32,000 bases of DNA from Halorhodospira halophila SL1 (GTDB lineage: Bacteria > Pseudomonadota > Gammaproteobacteria > Nitrococcales > Halorhodospiraceae): assembly GCF_000015585.1 (NCBI RefSeq), contig NC_008789.1:1980001-2012000 (forward strand). The letters are read 5' to 3'. Positions 26,361-32,000 of the stretch are shown piece by piece (positions within the stretch are counted from its first letter, which is position 1; the number at the start of each line of letters is the position of its first letter). A program made the position numbers and the translations under genes. The notes beneath the pieces are model-generated. The model saw only the letters and a program-made list of their open reading frames with translations, did not search any database and was not told where the DNA came from.

Positions 26361-29186
26361 TCAGGCCGTGGCCCGGTACTCGCCGGACCCGGCCACGTTC
26401 TCGACGCAGCGGCCGCACAGCTCCGGGTGCTCATCGCTGGCGCCGATATCCGGACTGCGGTGCCAACAGCGCGGGCACTTGTCATGGGCCGACGCGGCCA
26501 CCGCGATGCGCACCTCGCTGCCGTCCTCCAGCGTAGCGCTGGCCGCGTCCACCGGGGCCTCGGTCGCGGCGTGGATGCGCGCCGCCGAGGTGATCAGCAC
26601 GAAGCGCAGCTCATCGCCCAGAGGGGCCAGCTCCTCGGCGAGCGCCGAAGAGACGTAGAGATCCACCTCGGCATCCAGGTTGGCGCCGATGACCTTCTCG
26701 TTGCGCAGCCGCTCCAACTCACGACTGACCGCGGTACGCACCTCCATCACCCGATCCCAGAAAGCGGCCTCGGCCGGCTCATCGTCCAGCGGGAAGAGCC
26801 CGTCGTACCACTCCGCCGTGAACACCGGCTCGCGGCGCTCCCCGGGCAGGTGCCCCCAGATCTCGTCGGCGGTGAACGAGAGGATCGGCGCCAGCCAGCG
26901 CACCAGGGCCTCGGCGATGTGGTACATGGCCGTCTGCCCGGAGCGCCGGGCACGGCTATCCGCCGGCGTGGTGTAGAGCCGGTCCTTGAGCACGTCGAGG
27001 TAGAAGCCGCCCATGTCCACCACACAGAAGTTGTGCAGCAGGTGGTAGATGCGGTGCAGCTCGTAGCGATCGTAGGCGGCAACGATGCGCTCCTGCAGAG
27101 CCCGCGTCCGGGCCACCGCCCAGCGATCCAGCGGCAGCAGCTGCTCGGCCACCAAGGCATCACGGCCAGGCTCGAAACCGTGCAGGTTACCGAGCAGGAA
27201 GCGGGCCGTGTTGCGCATGCGCCGGTAAGCGTCGGCGGTGCGCTGCAGGATGTTGTCCGAGACGGCGATCTCGCCGCTGTAGTCCGCCGAGGCCACCCAC
27301 AGGCGGAGGATGTCGGCGCCGAGACGGTCCATCACGTCCTGCGGGGCCACCACGTTCCCCCGGGACTTGGACATCTTGTGGCCTTGCTCATCGACGGTGA
27401 AGCCGTGGGTCAGCACGCCCCGGTAGGGGGCCGCCTGACGGATCGCCGCCGAGGAGAGCAGGGAGGACTGGAACCAGCCACGGTGCTGATCCGACCCCTC
27501 CAGGTAGAGATCCGCCGGGACCTGCAGGCCTTCGCGCTGCTCAAGCACAGTGGCGTGGGTCACCCCGGAGTCGAACCAGACATCGAGGATGTCGGTGACT
27601 TTCTCGTACTCGGCGGCCTCGTCGCCCAGCAGCTCGGCCGGGTCCAGATCCCACCACGCCTCGAGTCCCTCGTGCTCCATGCGCGCCGCCACCGCCTCCA
27701 TATGCTGCGGGGTCTGCGGGTGGGGCTCACCGCTGCGACGGTGGATGAACACGGCGATCGGCACGCCCCAGTGACGCTGGCGGGAGATGCACCAGTCAGG
27801 GCGCCCGCGCACCATAGCGTCGATCCGCGCCTGGCCCCAGTCCGGCATCCAGCGCACGCCCTCGATCCCGGCCAGGGCACACTCACGCATGCCGTGGCGG
27901 TCCAGATCGATGAACCACTGCGGCGTAGCGCGGAAGATCACCGGGGTCTTGTGCCGCCAGCAGTGGGGGTAGCTGTGCCGATACTTCTCGTGATGGAACA
28001 ACGCCCCCCGAGACTCGAGCACCTCGACCACGCGGGGGTTGGCGTCGAAGACATTCAGGCCGGCGAAGTGCTCGGTATCCTCGAAGAAGCAGCCGGCACC
28101 GTCGACCGGGTTGGTCACCTCCAGGCCGTAGCACTGACCGACCTCGAAGTCCTCCTGACCGTGCCCCGGGGCTGTGTGCACACAGCCGGTGCCGCCGTCC
28201 GTGGTGACATGCTCGCCCAGCACCACCGGCACCTGGCGGTCCAGGAAGGGGTGCTGGAGGGACAGCCCCTCCAGGTCGGCCCCGCGGCAGCGGCCCACCA
28301 CCTCGTAACACTCCACCCCGGCACGCTGCAGGGTGGCTTCAAGCAGCTCCGCGGCCAGGACCAGCCGCTCGCTGTGGTCCAGGGCCACCACGACGTACTC
28401 CAGCTCCGGGTGCACCGCCACCGCCCGGTTGGCCGGTAGCGTCCAGGGCGTGGTGGTCCAGATCACCACCGAGGCCGTTCCCGCCTGTACGCCCTCGCCC
28501 TCGAGCAATACGCGCTGCTGCAGCGCCAGCTCATCGACCACCGCAAAGCGCACATCCACCGCCGGCGAGGTCCGCTCCTCGTACTCCACCTCGGCCTCGG
28601 CCAGGGCCGAACCGCAATCGGCACACCAGTGCACTGGCTTGAACCCCTGGGTGACGTGCCCCCCCTCGAAGATCCGGGCCAGGGCTCGCAGGATGCCGGC
28701 CTCGGTCGCGTAATCCATGGTGAGGTACGGCCGCTCCCAGTCCCCGAGCACCCCCAGGCGCTTGAAGTCCTGACGCTGCCCCTCCACCTGCTCGGCAGCG
28801 AACGCACGGCAACGCTCACGGAACTGCGCGTAGGTCAGCTCCGCACCGGGCTTGCCGGCCTGTTCCTCGACCTTGTGCTCGATGGGCAGGCCGTGGCAGT
28901 CCCAGCCCGGGATGTAGGGCGCGTCGTAGCCATCCAGGGTGCGCGCCTTGACGATAATGTCCTTGAGGATCTTGTTGACGGCGTGGCCGATGTGGATATC
29001 GCCATTGGCGTAGGGCGGACCATCGTGGAGGATGAAGCGCTCGCGTCCGGCCCGCGCCCGGCGGATAGCGCCGTAAAGGTCTTCCTCCTCCCAGCGCTGC
29101 AGACGCTGGGGCTCGCGCTCGGCCAGGCGCGCCCGCATCGGGAACTCGGTGTGGGGAAGGTTGAGGGTGTGCTTGTACTCGCTCAC
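26361..29186 (-). CDS. ileS: isoleucine-tRNA ligase
   Basis: GTG at 29186 (GAGGCGG upstream) gives [26 protein letters not shown]. Compare E. coli [26 protein letters not shown]. HIGH ([14 protein letters not shown]), KMSKS ([10 protein letters not shown]) and the C-terminal Zn finger CPRCWH...CGRC are present. The track start at 29336 adds 50 spurious residues. Confidence 0.98.
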   Translation of the reverse strand: MSEYKHTLNLPHTEFPMRARLAEREPQRLQRWEEEDLYGAIRRARAGRERFILHDGPPYANGDIHIGHAVNKILKDIIVKARTLDGYDAPYIPGWDCHGLPIEHKVEEQAGKPGAELTYAQFRERCRAFAAEQVEGQRQDFKRLGVLGDWERPYLTMDYATEAGILRALARIFEGGHVTQGFKPVHWCADCGSALAEAEVEYEERTSPAVDVRFAVVDELALQQRVLLEGEGVQAGTASVVIWTTTPWTLPANRAVAVHPELEYVVVALDHSERLVLAAELLEATLQRAGVECYEVVGRCRGADLEGLSLQHPFLDRQVPVVLGEHVTTDGGTGCVHTAPGHGQEDFEVGQCYGLEVTNPVDGAGCFFEDTEHFAGLNVFDANPRVVEVLESRGALFHHEKYRHSYPHCWRHKTPVIFRATPQWFIDLDRHGMRECALAGIEGVRWMPDWGQARIDAMVRGRPDWCISRQRHWGVPIAVFIHRRSGEPHPQTPQHMEAVAARMEHEGLEAWWDLDPAELLGDEAAEYEKVTDILDVWFDSGVTHATVLEQREGLQVPADLYLEGSDQHRGWFQSSLLSSAAIRQAAPYRGVLTHGFTVDEQGHKMSKSRGNVVAPQDVMDRLGADILRLWVASADYSGEIAVSDNILQRTADAYRRMRNTARFLLGNLHGFEPGRDALVAEQLLPLDRWAVARTRALQERIVAAYDRYELHRIYHLLHNFCVVDMGGFYLDVLKDRLYTTPADSRARRSGQTAMYHIAEALVRWLAPILSFTADEIWGHLPGERREPVFTAEWYDGLFPLDDEPAEAAFWDRVMEVRTAVSRELERLRNEKVIGANLDAEVDLYVSSALAEELAPLGDELRFVLITSAARIHAATEAPVDAASATLEDGSEVRIAVAASAHDKCPRCWHRSPDIGASDEHPELCGRCVENVAGSGEYRATA

Positions 29187-29199
29187 GTCGCCGCCTCGT

Positions 29200-30135
29200 C
29201 TAGTGGTGTTCTTGACCGAGCACGCGCCGCGCCGCGCGTACGTCCTCGCCGATCTGTCGTGCCAACGCATCGAGCCCGTCGAAGTGCGCCTCGCCGCGGA
29301 GCCGGACCACCGGCTCGACGCAGAGGTGGCGGCCATACAGGTCGCCGTCGAAGTCGATCAGGTGGGCCTCGAAGACCGTGCGCCGCCCCCCGACCGTGGG
29401 TCGGATGCCAACGCTGATGGCCGTCGGCCACGGCTGCTCGGTACCCCCCCGAGCCCACCCGGCGTAGATCCCATCGAGGGGGATGCGTTCCGGTGATAGC
29501 CGCAGGTTGGCCGTCGGCCACCCCAGCTGTCGCCCCATGGCGTCACCGTGGACCACACGCCCCTGGATACAGTAAGGATGGCCCAGCAGCTCCGCCGCCT
29601 CGGCAAAGCGGCCCGCCCGCACGGCCTCGCGGATGCGGGTACTGCTGACTCGTTCTCCGGAACGGGTGACCGTCTCCATGGGCGCGACCTCATAGCCCCA
29701 CGCCTCCCCGGCACGCCGGAGCATCTCCAGGTCGCCGCGCCGCTGGCGGCCGAATCGAAAATCGTCACCGACCAGTACGAATCCGGCGCCGAGTCGCCCA
29801 CCGAGCAGCTCGCCGGCGAAGGCCTCGGCCTCCACCGCCGCCAGATGCTGATCGAAGCGCAGACAGAGGACCGCATCGACGCCGGTCTCCCCAAGCCGGC
29901 GCACCTTCTCTCGCAGCCCGGTCAGCCGCGCCGGCGCCCGCGCCGGGGCCAGGCGCTCCATCGGGTGCGGCTCGAAGGTGACCACCACGGCCGGGCAACC
30001 GCGCCGCGCCGCCTCCTCGCGCAGCCGGTCGATCATGGCCCGGTGGCCACGGTGGACCCCATCGAAGTTGCCGATGGTGATCGCCGCACCGCGGTGACAC
30101 GCCCGGACGTTATGCAATCCCCGGATGAGTTCCAT
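29200..30135 (-). CDS. ribF: bifunctional riboflavin kinase / FMN adenylyltransferase
   Basis: [10 protein letters not shown]...[18 protein letters not shown] (FAD synthetase N-terminal motif) and ...PTANL.../...RPT.../...[13 protein letters not shown] (riboflavin kinase motifs). ATG at 30135. Confidence 0.93.
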   Translation of the reverse strand: MELIRGLHNVRACHRGAAITIGNFDGVHRGHRAMIDRLREEAARRGCPAVVVTFEPHPMERLAPARAPARLTGLREKVRRLGETGVDAVLCLRFDQHLAAVEAEAFAGELLGGRLGAGFVLVGDDFRFGRQRRGDLEMLRRAGEAWGYEVAPMETVTRSGERVSSTRIREAVRAGRFAEAAELLGHPYCIQGRVVHGDAMGRQLGWPTANLRLSPERIPLDGIYAGWARGGTEQPWPTAISVGIRPTVGGRRTVFEAHLIDFDGDLYGRHLCVEPVVRLRGEAHFDGLDALARQIGEDVRAARRVLGQEHH

Positions 30136-30182
30136 GGTCCCTGAGAAAAGGATCAAGTGTACTAGCCCGGCAACAGGCTCGG

Positions 30183-31772
30183 CTAGCCGCCCGACTCGCC
30201 AGCCGCCTCCGGCGCCGGCGCCGGCGGTTCACGGAATTGCCGCGGCCGCACCCCGAGGGCGTAGAGCGTCGCAAAGTAGACGCCCCCGCCAGCCAACACC
30301 ACTGCGGCCAGCGCCGCCACCCGCATGGCCACGCCGGCCTCCAGCCAGGCCTCCAGGCGCAGCGCGGGATAGGCCAGGACCGCGACCATCAGGGCTGTGG
30401 CCACGGCGACCTGCCCAATCAGGCGCAGCCAGCCGCTACCCGCCCGGTAGACCCCCCGGCGCACCAGGCCGGTGAACAGCAGCGCCGAGTTGACCGTTGC
30501 CGAAGCGGCGGTGGCCGCCGCCAGGGCCACGTGGCCGTAGGGCGTTTCGTGCAGCGCCCACACCGCGCTGACGGACAGCACCAGATTGACCGCAACTGCG
30601 GCCACGGCGCAGTAGACCGGGGTCTTCATGTCCTCCCGGGAGAAGTACCCCGGCGTCAGCACCTTGACCAGGACAAAGCCGAACAGGCCGAGGCTGTAGG
30701 CGGCCAAGGACCAGGACGCGGCGACCACATCCTCCGGCCCGAAGGCCCCGTACTGGAAGAGCGTAGCGAGGATCGGACCGGCCAGGACGATGAGCCCGGC
30801 GGTCGCCGGGGCCACCACCAGCAGCACCAGGCGCAGCCCCCAGTCCAGCGTGCGCGAGAAACGCTCCGGCTCGCTGCCCGCGTGCTCGGCCGAGAGGCGG
30901 GGCAACAATACCGTACCCAGCGCGATGCCGAAGACGCCCAGCGGGAACTCCACCAGCCGGTCCGAGAAGTAGAGCCAACTGACGCTGCCGGTGATCAGGA
31001 AGGAGGCGAGGATGGTGTCCACCAGCAGATTGACCTGCATCACCGAAGAGCCGATCACCGCCGGCCCCATGAGCTTGGCCACACGCCGGACACCGGGGTG
31101 GCGCAAGGACGGCCGGGGCCACACCAGCAGCCCCTCGCGGTGGAGGAAAGGCAGCTGCAGGAGCAGCTGCAGGACACCGGCCACGGTCACGGCCACCGCC
31201 AGGGCCATGATCGGCTCTTCGAACCAGGGTGTGGCCCACAGCGCGGCCCCGATCATGGCAGCATTGAGCAGCACCGGGGCAAAGGCGAACGAGGCGAACC
31301 GATTGCAGGTGTGCAGCACGGCGCCAGCGCACGCCACCAGGGATATGAATAGAATGTAGGGGAAGGTGACCCGCAGCAGGTCGACGGTCAGCCCAAAGCG
31401 CTCGGGATCGTCACTGAAACCGGGCGCAAAGGCGCTGACCACCGCCGGCGCCGCCGCCATCCCGAGTGCCGCCACCAGTGCCAACGCCAACCCCAGGGTG
31501 CCGGCGCTGTAAGCGATGAGGGCGCGGACCTCGCGGTGGGTGCTGTGGGTCCGGTAATCGGTGAGCACCGGCACGAACGCCTGGGAGAACGCGCCCTCGG
31601 CGGTAATCCGGCGCATGAAATTGGGGATCTTGAAGGCAACGATGAAGGCATCCGTCTGGGCCCCCGAACCGAACACACCGGCGATGATCACGTCCCGGGC
31701 CAGGCCGAGCATCCGCGAAACAAAGGTCAGGGAGCCGAACGTAAAGATGTGGCGGAACAGACCGGTAACCAC
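30183..31772 (-). CDS. murJ: lipid II flippase MurJ (MviN)
   Basis: GTG at 31772 (GAGGAGG upstream). ...FTFGSLTFVSRMLGLARDVIIAGVFGSGAQTDAFIVAFKIPNFMRRITAEGAFSQAFVPVL is the canonical MurJ N-terminus. About 14 TM segments. Confidence 0.93.
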   Translation of the reverse strand: MVTGLFRHIFTFGSLTFVSRMLGLARDVIIAGVFGSGAQTDAFIVAFKIPNFMRRITAEGAFSQAFVPVLTDYRTHSTHREVRALIAYSAGTLGLALALVAALGMAAAPAVVSAFAPGFSDDPERFGLTVDLLRVTFPYILFISLVACAGAVLHTCNRFASFAFAPVLLNAAMIGAALWATPWFEEPIMALAVAVTVAGVLQLLLQLPFLHREGLLVWPRPSLRHPGVRRVAKLMGPAVIGSSVMQVNLLVDTILASFLITGSVSWLYFSDRLVEFPLGVFGIALGTVLLPRLSAEHAGSEPERFSRTLDWGLRLVLLVVAPATAGLIVLAGPILATLFQYGAFGPEDVVAASWSLAAYSLGLFGFVLVKVLTPGYFSREDMKTPVYCAVAAVAVNLVLSVSAVWALHETPYGHVALAAATAASATVNSALLFTGLVRRGVYRAGSGWLRLIGQVAVATALMVAVLAYPALRLEAWLEAGVAMRVAALAAVVLAGGGVYFATLYALGVRPRQFREPPAPAPEAAGESGG

Positions 31773-31816
31773 GCGGGGGACGCCTCCTCGATACGCAGCC
31801 AGCAGCGACGGCGCCG

Positions 31817-32000
31817 ATGATACAGCGGCCGGTCAAGGGGATACGAGCCGCCGTGGCTGATCCGGGCCACCTGGAGTGCCGGGCGGGCGCGGCGGCCCCC
31901 GAGGTGCGTATCCGCGGAGACTGGACCCTGGCCCACTACCGCACGCTCCTGCGGCAGGTGGAGCAGACCCGCCTGGGCGGCGAGCCGCGCGTCGACCTCA
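31817..32000 (+). CDS. 5' end of an unidentified CDS divergent from murJ; possibly the STAS-like N-terminus of an MlaE-family ABC permease (guess)
   Basis: Open frame from ATG 31817 to the window edge: MIQRPVKGIRAAVADPGHLECRAGAAAPEVRIRGDWTLAHYRTLLRQVEQTRLGGEPRVDL. GC-rich third positions. The ...L.GDWTLAH... pattern is reminiscent of N-terminally extended MlaE permeases. Too short to be sure. Confidence 0.3.
   Translation, partial: MIQRPVKGIRAAVADPGHLECRAGAAAPEVRIRGDWTLAHYRTLLRQVEQTRLGGEPRVDL

Overview
This is a very GC-rich gammaproteobacterial chromosome segment. The gene content and a near-textbook photoactive yellow protein point to Halorhodospira or another Ectothiorhodospiraceae member. 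Most of the window is housekeeping: fimV(partial)-asd, leuCDB, aroC, queC, a dadA-like gene, and murJ-ribF-ileS-lspA-ispH. Four blocks deserve attention. (1) A complete pyp-pcl-tal photoreceptor and chromophore-biosynthesis cassette at 12.08-15.30 kb; its ligase appears to carry an N-terminal acyl-carrier-like domain. (2) A five-gene type IV minor-pilin operon at 15.3-18.06 kb, without pilY1, next to tRNA-Thr(CGU). (3) A poorly characterised module at 18.9-21.4 kb: a small signal-plus-C-terminal-anchor protein, a C39-like Cys-peptidase/TPR lipoprotein and a beta-barrel outer-membrane protein. (4) A three-lipoprotein operon (LpoB-like, TPR lipoprotein, LPP20-like) at 21.4-24.35 kb. I saw no CRISPR array, rRNA, transposase or integrase. 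The ORF track uses non-ATG start codons and is full of long Arg/Pro/Gly-rich antisense ORFs typical of high-GC DNA. Starts were re-derived by hand where noted. Family assignments come from recognised motifs and memory, not from database searches.
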